64,000 nt of DNA. Origin: Eledone cirrhosa. Lineage: Eukaryota. The position numbers and the translations under genes were made by a program. The stretch is from the NCBI GenBank assembly GCA_964016885.1, contig OZ024747.1:42408001-42472000 (forward strand). Reading direction: 5' to 3'. The notes under the pieces are model-generated. The model saw only the letters and a program-made list of their open reading frames with translations, was not told the DNA's origin and did no database searches. This document shows, one piece after another, positions 25,210 through 37,550 of the stretch; the first letter of the stretch is position 1, and every line of letters begins with the position of its first letter.

Positions 25210-27020
25210 CATCATCATCATCACCGTTTTACATCCGTTCTTCCACGCTAGCATGGGTTAGACAGGTTGTCCTGTTGTGGGCAGTGTCTAGTCGGCTGAC
25301 CTTGTCTTGCTCATACGGGAACTGATTCTGATTGATTTCTACAGCTGGATGCCCTTCCTAACACCAACCTCATTTACAGTGAGTGCTGGGTGCCTTTTTT
25401 CCGTGGCGCCTACACGTCCATTTTACAGTGTGGGCTGGGTGCTTTTTTGCCGTGGCACCTCCACGACCACTTTGCAGGGGGGGGGGGGGGGGATATTGGC
25501 TATATGCTTCAGCTTCGGCTTGTACCCGTGAGAAGTCGGGTCTTCTGTATTACTGTGTGACATCAGAGGTCACGGTCGTGTGTCATCGCCTTTGAGAGAT
25601 GCAATTGGGTAAGGTCAGCTTTTATCACCTCATCCCAGGTCTTCTTGGGTCTCCCCACTCCATGGCTTCCATTGACTTCTAGTGTTCTGCACCTTTTTAT
25701 GCAGCTGTCATCCTTCATACCAACGCAACCTCCCCTCCTGCACACAGCATTTGATTCCTCTTATGCTCAGTCTCTCTCTCAATTCGTTTATGCTTTGCCA
25801 TTCACATTATTGTTATTACACATCCATCGGAGCATGCAAGCTTCGTTTCTTTCTAATCTGCGCAAGTCTTCTACAGACAGCGCCCAGGTCTCACTACCAT
25901 GTAACATTACTGTTCGTATACATGCATCATACAGTCTGCTTTTCATTTTGAGAGAAAAGCCTTTTACAGCTAGCAGTGGCTCCCTGAACTTCTTCCATCC
26001 CGTTCTTACCCTAGTTATTGTACTTTCCGAACACCCACCTCCACTGTTAATTCGGTCACCTAGGTAGCAAAAGCTGTCTACTGTTTCTACAGAGCCCTCC
26101 CAGAGTTTCGTGGTGCTTGTTTCCTGTGGCCGTTTGCTGCTTACTGTCCTGGTGCAGCTGCTACATGTAAAGCCTACATTCTTAGCTAAGCTTACTGAGA
26201 TCCCACTACATCTCTTGTGTACCCATTTTTTGCATTTGAGGCAGAGGATAGAGTTCTTACCTACACCTTACCTACATACTGAGCAAGGCCATTTGCCTGA
26301 GGGGATCTGGGTTCTGTTTTCTCATCTACTTATGAGGACCTTAGTCTTTATCAGGTTGACTTTGAGACCCTTTCTTTCTAGTCCATGCTTCCATGTTTCT
26401 TCTCTAGTTCCACCATAGATTCAGCTTTAAGTGTGAGATCATCCACAGTGCCCATGGGCATCCGGTCTTAAACCCTTCTGTTATTGCCTGCAATACTATA
26501 ATGAACAAGAGAGGGCTAAGAACAGAGCCCTGGTGGACACCGACCTGTGTGCTAAATTCCTCGCTGTAGCCATTGCTAACCCACACTTTGCCGACTGCTC
26601 CCCTATACATGGCTTGTACAGATTTCACAAGCCATGCATCTACTCCTAGTTTTTTAAGAGCCCACCAGATTACAGCACGGGGCACTTTGTCGATGGCTTT
26701 TTCCAAATCGACAAATGCCAGGTAGAGCGGCTTACTTTTAGCTAGGTGTTTTTCCTGTAACTGCCTCACAAGGAAGAGGGCATCAGTGGCACAAACCCAA
26801 ATTGCATCTCATCTAGTTTTACCCAGTCCCTAATCAACTGTGCTATAACTCTTTCCGTTACTTTCATGACCTGGTCCATCAGCTTTATACCTCTATAATT
26901 TCCTCTATCTAGTGCATCACCTTTACCCTTGTAGCAGTTGACAATGATGCTACTGCACCAATCTTTTGGTATAACACCCTCTAGTATTACCTGGTTAACT
27001 ACATGTGGTTATGGTGTGAC
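25210..27020 (-). mobile_element. 5'-truncated, decayed RTE LINE
   Basis: LYLAFVDLEKAIDKV, GVHQGSVLSPLLF, GRPKKTWDEV; frameshifts; (GAT)n tail at ~25211. Confidence 0.9.
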
Positions 27021-27158
27021 AAGTATTCAATTAAAAATTGATTGATATATAAAATAAACATATCAAACAATCACAGGGTATAATTTGTAAAGAGTGTAAG
27101 CACACACAGCTACATAGGTAACTAATTAAAATTTAATGAGAACTTCAAATATAGATAC

Positions 27159-30100
27159 TGTAGCCAGAGGCATTCAGACTTACCTTGCATCTTTCTATCA
27201 CTCGTTGCACTGTCCACGTGGGGTACTTCCAAACAACGTCTATCTTCACACGGCCCGTCTCCTCATGGTGCCAACAGCTAAGTGATCGCTGCCCACCGCT
27301 TGGTCCCTTGTGTCCCCACCGTCCTCCTGATTCCGCTCAGGCGTCCCCCAACTTCCAGCAATCCCCTCCCATGCCAGCTCTACACACCTCCCCTCTATCT
27401 CACGGCAGCCCCACTGATCCCAAGGATCCCCCCCCCCCCCATCACACTGCTCCATCTCAAAATCCGCCATCCACCTAGGTGGTTGGCGGCTCCGTTGCGA
27501 TCTCCGCACCTTTGGGGCGGCACTTTCATTTTCCTCTTCCACAACGACTCTACGGACGTCCAAGACGTGACGTGACATTCCATCCACAGACACGTTGTTT
27601 TGGGAATTTATGGGGGTTACCATTCCTTTCCCCCATTGAGATGTGCAATACATGTTCGGGGACTTGACCCATACCTCCTCACCCACTCGTACGAATGCAC
27701 TCTCTCTCTCTCCACCAACTGCTGTGGTACCATGCATAGGTGTTACCATTCGTATCTATATATTGCCCTGTCTCACCCAAGGAGACATGTTGTACCAGAA
27801 CACTGCCTCCACTGGTGAAATGTGCCCCTTTCTACCATGGCCTTGACCGTGCGATGGTGTCTCTCCACGATCCCATTTCCGCTCGGCCTGTATGTCACTC
27901 TGAAGAAGCGGTTCACCTTCCACTTGTCAAGCATTTCCCTCAGCGCCTCCGAGTGAAACGCCGTGCTGTTGTCCATCAGCACTTCTACAGGGCCCCACTC
28001 CAAGAATATCTCTCTCAGCATCCACACAATTTCCTCTGCAGTCCCGGTCTTCATTTCCCTCCATATCGCCATCTGTCCCAGCCCACAATCGACCATCAAA
28101 AGATGCGTTCCTTGTTGGTAGTGTATCACATCCACCGCCAATCGCTTCCAGTTGTGCTCCACCGGGAAGTTGCCTGTCCCGTGCACACCCGGGGCAGGGT
28201 CGATAGATGGCATCTGTTGCAACCTCCGACCACTCTCTGGACACTAACATAAGAGTCGATTCTTCTGGCTAAGAACAGGGTCCTATCCACTCCCATGTGG
28301 TGCATGGCATTCAGTCCCCTCAACTTTGAATCATTCAGTCAACACACTGCAGCTATCCCCTTCTCTGCGTCCTCTGGCATTTCCAGCCAGGCTTTCTTCA
28401 CCCTGGTTTATATGTCTGCCCTGTTTTCTCTGAGGGTACAAAAACCACACTAAACTCCAGGCTGAACTTGGTGGACAGAGTTCCCAGGCAGCGCTTTATC
28501 AACATTTCTGCTGCCCCTCTTGTACGCACCCTCCTCTCACTGGTAAGCACTGATCTGACCCATCTGAGTCAGTGCAAATCTCTATGGTGCGCAGCCCCCA
28601 TCTCAGGATGAGATTCACCCCTCTCAGCACAGCATCCAGTTCGGCCATGTTGATGTGATTGCAGTCCTCCTTCCTGAGCCAGGCTGCGTCCTCAACCTCG
28701 ACGCCCCCTATCTCCAGAGTGACCCCTAGTGCTATGCTGCTGGCATCACACCATACGGTCCCGCTCTCTGATTTGGGGATGTACCAGCGTCCTCTCACTG
28801 GGTCATCCACCTTTACCCTCTCCATGATCTCCTGCATCATGGCCACTGCCCTCTCTCCAGCCCCGTCACCCCAGTTCACCCCATCTTCTCGTCTCTTGAC
28901 ATAGCTGTATGCCGTCCAGAGCCACCCTGCGATCGGATAGTGGCCCACCAATTTTTGAGAAGAGTTCCCGTCTATTCATATCGGGTCCCAATTCCGGAAT
29001 TTAGTCAACTCTCCGAAACACCACTGTGTCCGTCTTATCTCTTTGCAGCTCCTCCTTCCATCGCCTCCGGTGGTTTCGCGGCCAGCCCGAACCTTCCCAA
29101 GTAGCCTGAGACCTCTGCTGCTGATACCACTGTCTCGTCTACCAAGATGTCATCGATGTAAAAGTCGGTGGCCCTCCTCACCTTGTCTGCTTTTCCCAGA
29201 ATGGCCTTGAAGACCGTGACCATGATCTTTGGTGCAGAGTTCAACCCGAAGCCAAGCCTGGTCAGGCAGTATGTCTGGCCCTTATACCTGACCAGCTGAT
29301 ACTTCCACAACTTCTCATCTACGTGTAGCTGTAGATATGCCGACTTTAAGTAGACAATCATGGAGGCTCCCCGTCATTCGTCTCCATTCTCGCAAGGTTT
29401 CCCCGCAAACATCCGTGACCTCACCGCCTGTGTGGCATGACACGTGTTCGTTCAGCTCACGAAAATGAAACACGGGCCTAACCTTGTTCTTCGTGGGGTG
29501 CTCCACTGCCATTAGCAGCAACACTCCACACTGTACCTCCTCCTTCCAAGGAATCAGTATACCCTCCTCGATCCATCTCTGTACCTCTCCCTCAAACTTG
29601 CTTCTGGCATCTCCTTTCAGGGTATGCTGAAAGCAGCCCACTCTATTCTTCAGCACTGGTGGATCTCCAGTACCACTCAACTACCCACCGCTGCCCATTG
29701 AACATTGCCCTGAAATCCTTGTCCTGTATGGTATTTTCTTCATGGATTCTCCCAGCACACGATGTCTCTTTGCTACCAGACGTTACCCAGACTTCACTCA
29801 CTGTAACACCTCCTAAGCAGCAATCGCATCCATGCCCATTACTACATCGATTCAGTCCACCAGCTGATCAATCATGATCGCCCGAAGCTTAATGTTTGTT
29901 CCCCGTACCACCATTGACACCTCGCTGCCACCTCTGCATCTAATCTCCCTGCCATCAACTGCCCTTATACTGCTCATCCCGCTCCACTTTTTAACCATCT
30001 CCATGGTCACTAGTGTTGTCGTGTAACCTGTATCCACGAGTGCTCGCGATGGCTTCCCCCCCCACCAGAACTTCCACTACCGGCAGCAACTGCAAAGGTA

Positions 30101-31170
30101 CCTCTACTCGCTTCCAGGGGTGGCTACCGGTGCAGTAGTCCCCTGGTCGCAATGATTGGTGATGTGGCCTGGTCGCTTGCAGTGGTAGCAGATTATGGCT
30201 GGCTTCGGCTCTCTGCAGTCCCTAGCCATGTGCGGGCCCTGGCACCTGAAGCACCGGCCTCCGAATGCATGTGGACGACTATTCACAACGGCTGGTCTCC
30301 TTTCGTTGTATATCGGTCGCTGTCGACTGCTATGGGCTCCGTCGCTGCCAGTGCTGCAACATTCCACCTGGTGTCCTGTATTATTACGCAGGCCTACGCG
30401 ATTAGCTCGCTCATTTTCATCTCTATTGCCAGGCAGCTGTTGGAACCTCATTGAGGTTTCGTTCTACCGCGAATCTGGCCAACGTAGCCAACCGCCGTAA
30501 CTCTGTTGCGAACAGGTCCACGTGTTCTCCCTTCCATCACACCTATCTTGGCAAAAGCAGCATACGGGCCCCTCAGTGAGCGCTTCCTTAAGTCGTTGCC
30601 CTATCTTCTCCACGTTCAGTTGATCTCTCTCGTCCATCCCAAAGTATACTGCCAGTGCATCTCCATCGAAATATAGAGCGATCAAACCAGCCACGTTGTC
30701 AATACCTTACAGCGAGGCAACCAACGTAACTTTCTCAACCAGGCAACAGCATCTCCCTTGTCATTCAAAGCCTTGATGGCCTCGCTATTCACTTTTGCTG
30801 CCATCTTCGGAAAAGTCAACAATACCCCATGTAAAAAAAAAAAAAATAGGTAAACTAAAATGCTGCCGTGCCGGGAGTAAGAATGCCGAAAGATAGGAAA
30901 ATTCTTTAAATGCTGAAATAGCTTGTTGCTGACATTTGGACTTACCTTGCATCTTTCTATTACTCGTTCCACTGTCCACGTGGGGTACTTCCAAACAACG
31001 TCTACCTTCACACGACCCGTCTCCTCACGGTGCCAACAGCCAAGTGATCGCTGCCCACCACTTGGTCCCGCGTGTCGCCCCCGTCCTCCTGCTTCCAGTC
31101 AGGCATCCCCCAACTTCCAGAAATCCCCCTGCCACGGCAGCTCTACACACTCCCTCACGGCAGCCTCACA
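27159..31170 (-). mobile_element. Compact (~4 kb) decayed Ty3/Gypsy LTR retrotransposon
   Basis: TG...CA ends; 5-bp TSD GATAC (27154-27158, 31171-31175); LTRs ~30830-31170 and 27159-27446; gag with two CCHC knuckles, ALVDTG protease, RT (RLGFGLNSAP, YIDDILV), RNase H (WCDASS), integrase (HHMG...C..C, SGNGIVER) in PR-RT-RH-IN order; many frameshifts. Confidence 0.93.
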
Positions 31171-31222
31171 GATACCTTTCAATAATGATTAATCTCCTTT
31201 GTATATATTTCATTAAATAAAG

Positions 31223-31545
31223 TTAGAGCATTGGCCTTGCAATCGAAAGGTTGTGAGTTCAATTCTCAGACCGGGTGATGTGTTGTTTCCTTGAGCAAGA
31301 CACTTTATTTCACATTGCTCCAGTTTACTCAGCTGTAGAAATGAGATGATAGGGACTGGGTTCCCTATCATTCCACTGCAAAGTGGTCGTGGAGGTGCCA
31401 CGGCAAAAAAAGCACCCAGCACTCACTGTAAATGAGGTTGGTGTTAGGAAGGGCATCCAGCTGTAGAAATCAAGCCAGAATCAGTTCCCATCCCACCCTT
31501 GCAAGCAGGGAAAAAGCGGACGTAAAACGAAATGATGATGATGAT
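31223..31545 (+). mobile_element. SINE family B (slightly 5'-truncated)
   Basis: Near-identical to 18045-18365 and 40499-40850. Confidence 0.88.
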
Positions 31546-32950
31546 TTCATCATTAATCGGTAAATCACAGTAGTCAAATCCTGGATCATCAGCAAAGGAG
31601 AAGATTTAACTATCTGTGTTTACACACTAAATGCAAATCTGTGGAAGACTAGAAGCATGTGTTGCCTCTTTTAAAAAAAATACATCGTACCACCATCATT
31701 CCAGTGGCGTGAATAGGATTACCAACAGCTAGAAATAGCAGCCATGTCCTTTCAACTGAGTAAGCTCAACAATTAAGGAACCGTATATATAACCAAAATT
31801 AAATTAAGGATGTCATGTCTGAGAAACATGCGCCATAACCTCTGTAGAATATGCTCAAAGATTCAAATGGATAGATCTAAGACTTTATAAGCATTCGATT
31901 AAAAATACATACATGTGCTTCCAGTCATTCACAGATTTGCATTTAGTGTGTAAACACAGATAGTTAAATCATCTCCTTTGATGATGATCTGGGATTTGAC
32001 TACTGTGATTTACCGATTAATGGTGAAATATATTTCTTTATTTAATGAAATATATACAAAGGAGATTAATCATTATTGAAAGGATCTATATTTGAAATTC
32101 TCATTAAATTTTAATTAGTTACCTACGTAGCTTACACTCTTTACAAATTATCACCTGTGATTGTTTGATGTGCTTATTTTATATATATATGTAGCAAGCT
32201 ACTTTACTTTGGCGCATTGATAGGCTATTCGTGCGTGGTTTGGCTAAGTCAGGCCAATTGTGAGCCGCGCACGGATATGTATTTTCAACTTCCGCCCAAA
32301 CTGAGATTTTTCTGCTACTTTCAATAAACTCAATCTCTTGTTGCTTCAACTGTGGAAAGGTAAAGAACTATTTTTTTTTTTTGCCGAAACACCACAGCAT
32401 AACTGCAGCCCTGGCCAACACCTCAGCCAATGGACCGTGCCTTCTGAAATCTTAATTTGTTTGTTTCATTTGTTTGGTATGCCAGCTCAATCTTTGTAAT
32501 CGGTTTGTAAATAAATTACATAAAAACATTGTAAAGTCTTATGATGCTATTTACCACAGCCATGCCTTTAAATGTGATATGGAAAGATACCTTCCAGAGT
32601 TTTTATTACAGCAGCAACAGAACCTCAATTCAACTTACATTTATTGATATAACAAACCATACCTTTCCTGTTACAACAAAATACATCATTATTATTATTA
32701 CTGTCGTGGATATTATTACTACATGGCATAATATTATTTAACAGCTAAACTGGTGACTATTAAATGTCTGCTATATTGGTGACCTCTGTTGATACAAATA
32801 TATAGTAATTGCTAATCGATATATGTCAATCAATTTTTAATTGAATGCTTATAAATGTTCGGATCTATCCATTAGAATCTTTGAGCATATTCTACAGAGG
32901 TTATAGCGCATGTTTCTCAGACATGACACCCTTAATTTAATTTTGGTTAT
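31546..32950. repeat. Foldback/inverted-repeat complex
   Basis: 31546-31650 = rc 31925-32030; 31783-31905 = rc 32830-32950; 27021-27158 + 31176-31222 = rc 32035-32190 + 32820-32850. Confidence 0.8.
32190..32348 (+). mobile_element. Possible short solo LTR
   Basis: TGTAGCAA...TTGCTTCA inverted termini; AATAAA near the 3' end; interrupts the foldback copy at a (TA)n. Confidence 0.4.
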
Positions 32951-33317
32951 ATATATATATATATATATATACGAGGTCAGGTTAGTTTATAGCACAAAAA
33001 AAAAACCCGTGAAGGGGGTTGGGGTGTAGATCTGCGAATCTCCGACGGTCTTTTCGCCCTACAAATCTAGTAGTTTCTAACTGGCTTGAATGTCATATTA
33101 GTTGATAAGATGCGAAAAAAAAAAAACATGGAGAAAACACCAAGAAGAGGGGGTGATCGGGACTCTGTTTTCCTGGGAAAAAAATTGCGAGCATTTTGGA
33201 AGGTCAGATTTCTCCATGGATGATTCCTAGTTACCAAATCACACTGTGCTGCTCTCCCCAACATCACATTCATCACTACACCTGGAATTAATGTTAGTTG
33301 AAAAGTTAATAGAAATT

Positions 33318-33520
33318 ATAATAATGAAATTATTGTGTAAAGTGCTCAGGTGCACTACAACTCGTCAAAGGTGTATGTATAGTACATAGAATAATACACA
33401 AATGTCAGGGAAGTACATGTGTGTATGTGTTAGCTGTAGTGTTGGCGGATCTCGGGAAGCATGGAGGCCTTAAAGGATGCAGTGTCTCGACAGCTAACAA
33501 CTGATGCAGGTAGTTTGTTA
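33318..33520 (-). mobile_element. CR1-clade LINE 3' fragment
   Basis: Matches 52485-52725 (ATGAAATTATTGTGT..AGTGCTCAGGTGCACTACAACTC). Confidence 0.75.
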
Positions 33521-34097
33521 GGGGCCTATTTGCTGCTGATGCTGCTTCACTGTATGAGGCTATTCCAACAAATTTACATTCCCTTTTTTTTTAGCCGTTA
33601 AAAGAAATATAGATTTATTTATTTGCAACGTTTTTGTTAGTTTCTTGGTTTTGTTTTTTTTGGCGATTTATTTGCCACTGGGGCATAGATTTCTTTATTT
33701 GTTGCCACAAACAAACAAACAAAAACGTGGCAAATAAAGAAATCTATGCCCCAGTGGCAAATAAAAAACAACACAAAAAAAAAACAACCAAAAACGTGGC
33801 AAATAAAGAAATCTATGCCCCAGTGGCAAATAAATCGCAAAAAAAAACAAAACAACCAAAAACGTGGCAAATAAATCGCAAACAAAAAACAAAACCAAGA
33901 AACTAACAAAAACGTTGCAAATAAATAAATCTATATTTCTTTTAACGGCTAAAAAAAAAGGGAATGTAAATTTGTTGGAATAGCCTCAAACAGTGAAGCA
34001 GGTAAGTAGCACAAGTTAAGCAACAATAGCAGCAAGTCAGCAGCTAGCAACAAGCAGTAAGCCACCAAGTAAGCAGCAACAGCAGCAAATAGGCCCG
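33521..34097. mobile_element. Palindromic (foldback) MITE
   Basis: Termini GGGCCTATTTGCTGCTG / CAGCAGCAAATAGGCCC flanked by TA; inner arms ~33543-33700 and ~33800-34000 are near-perfect reverse complements with internal tandem duplications. Confidence 0.85.
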
Positions 34098-34880
34098 TAA
34101 AATTGGATATCGCCGGTACGTTTAATTGATTGTTCAAGAGAAAAAAAAAAAACGAAGAAAAAAATTATTTTCCACTGAAATCGGTGGATGTGTAAATCGA
34201 GCAATTTTAGTTTGTCATTTGGCTCAGTAGATGTCAGAAATTTAACAAAGAAAGGGAAATAAATCTCGAAACGTACAGAATAAGACTTACACGAATTGTT
34301 TCCCTTTGAACGTTGCATCAATTTGCTTAAAAGTTGCGACACAATGACACTAAGTTTCTATTTGGTCGCTCTACCAACTAAAAATACTTTAAACAAAATA
34401 AAGAAAGAAATAAAACCAGACAAAGAAACAGCAACGTTTTCTCCCTAAACCCATTTACAACCCTATAATAAAACATTGCCAATGAATGAGAACAAAGAAT
34501 AATATAAAACGTAACTTCATAAAAATGTAATGTGTCAGCAGACGATAGTTACTTGCTATATTTTTAGATGTAGCAATAGAAAGTATTGTTGATGTAGCGT
34601 GCGAAGGGTTGGATTAGGTTTGGTATTATTGTGAACTTTCGCGTGGCCTGCACTCGTTGTCATAGTAAGTAGTTGAAGGTTGACAGTAAAGCTGCCATTA
34701 ACAATATCCGATGAACAATAACAAACATATGTACGCGATATAAAACTTTACATACGACCAACCAACACGTTGGCTGTTATATATTTACAGATAACATCAT
34801 AACATTAAAGACAATGTTAGAAAGAAAAAGAACACTCATACAAAGTTTAGATCGATAGAATGATGAATCGTATAGTATAC

Positions 34881-34991
34881 CATTCGTGTAATGTTCTGTA
34901 TGTAGGGACACGTATGACAACCAAAGCGATAAGAGTTAGGTCCTTCTTCCACAACCAAAACATTAGCACAAACAGGGCAGAAAACAAGCAT
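34881..34991 (-). CDS. POLR3K: POLR3K exon 1
   Basis: ATG; MLVFCPVCANVLVVEEGPNSYRFGCHTCPYIQNITRM; GTATAC donor. Confidence 0.95.
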
Positions 34992-35858
34992 GGTTCTACT
35001 TTACACTGTATGTTCTTATAACACCGGTAGAAACGTTACAGTAAAAAGTTATACAGTAGAAATTAATGGTTCGTTTCGTTTGATGTTTATTTCGTAGGTG
35101 CTCATAAAATAAATGCTTGGTGAATTTAATAGGAATATATATGCTTTGAAATTAAAATTTTTCTGAAAACAACATTTAATTAAAGTAAAGTTTTAGATCA
35201 GATCACTATAAGAAATAAAAATAATATAATTACTTCCCCCCACGTAAATCGGAAATATAAATCCCACTCAACATTTTGTATCAACCATTATTTTTATAAT
35301 GTTGATGGAGAAATAAACATCTAATTTTTGTATAGAGAAACAACCTTCTTTGATATTCATTAAGTATTGAACATTTTAAAAACTTTCAATGACATTAATC
35401 GATGTTAGGTTGCAAACAAATGAAAGTAACTTAACGCAGTTATCTTACTTATATATAAAATAAACAATTGTTATATTTGTAGATTGTTATGTTGCTAATA
35501 AAAACACGCACTATACTATTTTCACTTCAGCTTTATTATTAGTTAGTTCATTAAAGTTCTTTCTTAACACATTTTGTTACCTTCTTAATGATAATATTGG
35601 CAATATTGGCAACATGACTATCTCCAAATATCTCAATATCTGTTTGAACACACGATTTCACATCAAGAATCTTGTAAAACAAATACCTAAAATAAACAAC
35701 AATGTTATATAAATCCAGCGTATTTATTTACATGTATATGTATGTGTGTATATATATATATATATATACATAATAAAATATATAGCTGGAAAAAATAGCT
35801 TTTAAATCATTTTTAATTTCTTACACATTTGAGCTTTGTATATATAGTTTGACCATTG

Positions 35859-35897
<39 letters not shown>

Positions 35898-36120
35898 TTT
35901 TACTGATATCTAAACTGTAAAAAAAAAACCCCAAAACGATGCCTAAATAGTTGGTTTTTATATTAGTATTTCTTATGTTTGACCAACGTTTTTACTTGCT
36001 TCAATACACAGAAAATACTGTTGAAGTGTGTTGGACTCGCAATCATAAAGTCATACGTGAAGAATGTCATCTAATTAGCAATCACTGACGTTTTTCATTT
36101 CAGTTAAAGAGTGAAAGAAT
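34992..36120. promoter_or_regulatory. Putative bidirectional promoter / 5' UTR region between POLR3K and SNRNP25
   Basis: Divergent start codons 1.13 kb apart; the first SNRNP25 coding exon has an acceptor at 36103 with branch-like CACTGAC, implying an upstream non-coding exon. Promoter elements not identified. Confidence 0.6.
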
Positions 36121-36243
36121 ATGACTTCTACAGGTAATGAAAGTCCTTCTGACTCTGATTCCTCAGCCACGCCATCTGTTCAAGAACTCACTCATCAAGA
36201 TGCAATGGCTAAAGCCACGAAGGTTCTCTCAGAGTTAATATAT
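36121..36243 (+). CDS. SNRNP25: SNRNP25 first coding exon
   Basis: In-frame upstream TGA; MTSTGNESPSDSDSSATPSVQELTHQDAMAKATKVLSELIY; GTGAGT donor. Confidence 0.85.
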
Positions 36244-36854
36244 GTGAGTGAAGTTTCTAAATGTTTTGTATAATGTATTTGTTAGTAGCTGAAAGTGTTA
36301 CGATCTCATACAAATTGAATAATATGGGGAATTATCAACCATTAAATAACTAGAATAAGATTTGAACTTATGATTAGGTGATCCAGCAATTTTATGTCAC
36401 AATTTATTACTTGAAAATAGTGTAACAAATAAAGAAAACGCAACATAGCATAAGTATGTCTCAATAAGTCAAAGATTTCATTGTGATTTGTCATTTGATT
36501 TTGTTAAATCTTGACATCCTATACCGCTAAAACTACATTAGCAAGGCATTGAAAAATACAAAACAGTATTCCGACTGCATCACATATTTAAAGTTTTTAT
36601 TCTAATACTGCAAACTTTCACAACAATTTGTCCAGTAGTAAAGATATTATAAACATTTTAATTAACAAACCTAGTTTTTAGGAATTTTCTGCCAAATCAT
36701 CAGAGGATGCTAAATGTTAAATACCTTTATAAAGCATGAATATCAAACACTCATTTCCTCTTTCCATATAAATCTGAAACTTTGAGTTTATACAAGGAAT
36801 AGTTATTTGAAAATAGATGCTATATATTTTTCTTTCTTTCTTGTTCACTTGCAG

Positions 36855-36978
36855 ACAGACCCACTTCTTGAAGATCTTCCAACAGAGGTAACAGCTGAAG
36901 AGGTCAAGTCCCAGATAGCCCTTGAATATGGACAAGCTATGTTAATTAATGTTTGTCGAGCTGATGGAGAGGTTATGC
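36855..36978 (+). CDS. SNRNP25: SNRNP25 exon
   Basis: TDPLLEDLPTEVTAEEVKSQIALEYGQAMLINVCRADGEVM; ttgcAG/GTAAG. Confidence 0.95.
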
Positions 36979-37369
36979 GTAAGTCAAAAGCTTTCTATTG
37001 TGAGTTGAGATGACAGTGCGGTAGCAGTGTGACATGTGCACAGGCTGATTAAGCAGCTAGAGCAAGGCAGACCACTAAAAGTAGTTGATAGCTTTTGTTG
37101 TCTAAGAAACCTAATTGGCATTGGAGGAGTGTAATCTAAAAGTTGAGTAGCTAGAATATAAACCAGTTAGAAAAACTTTTCAGATAACTATTACCTCTAA
37201 CGGTTCTAAATGTTTTCTCTCTCAGAGTGAACAACAGCTTGTATAATGTGATGTTGCATGAAAGCATGTCTTAGGCCTTGAATGCAGAGAATTCATGAAG
37301 ATTTGAAAGAAATGAATTAATTATCCTCTGATGGATGGGTAATAGTAATAAGGATGGAGTATGGGTGAG

Positions 37370-37550
37370 CTGAGAGAAAAACTGGGTATAAGAGATATCA
37401 GATGCAGTGTACAAGAGAGATAACTGTTGTTATGGGCATGTGATGTGTCTGAAGGAAAACAACTGTTTAAAGAATTGCAGGATACTGAAAGTGAACAGAA
37501 ACTGTGGAAGAGGAAGAATTAGGAAAGCATGAGATGAAGTAGTGAAGATA
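37370..37550 (+). mobile_element. Old RTE LINE 3' fragment
   Basis: ELREKLGIRDIRCSVQER..CYGHVMC-like decayed RT C-terminus. Confidence 0.55.

Larger units (their letters stand above)
19010..34991 (-). other. POLR3K: Gene span: RNA polymerase III subunit RPC11 (RPC10), 3 coding exons, 108 aa
   Basis: Exons 34991-34881, 20535-20448 and 19137-19010 total 327 nt; two Zn ribbons; [13 protein letters not shown]-like motif; AATAAA on minus strand at 18969-18974. Confidence 0.95.

Noticed and set aside
33634-33909. Mirror-image 90-aa ORFs on both strands
   Set aside because: Consequence of the palindromic MITE; low-complexity translation
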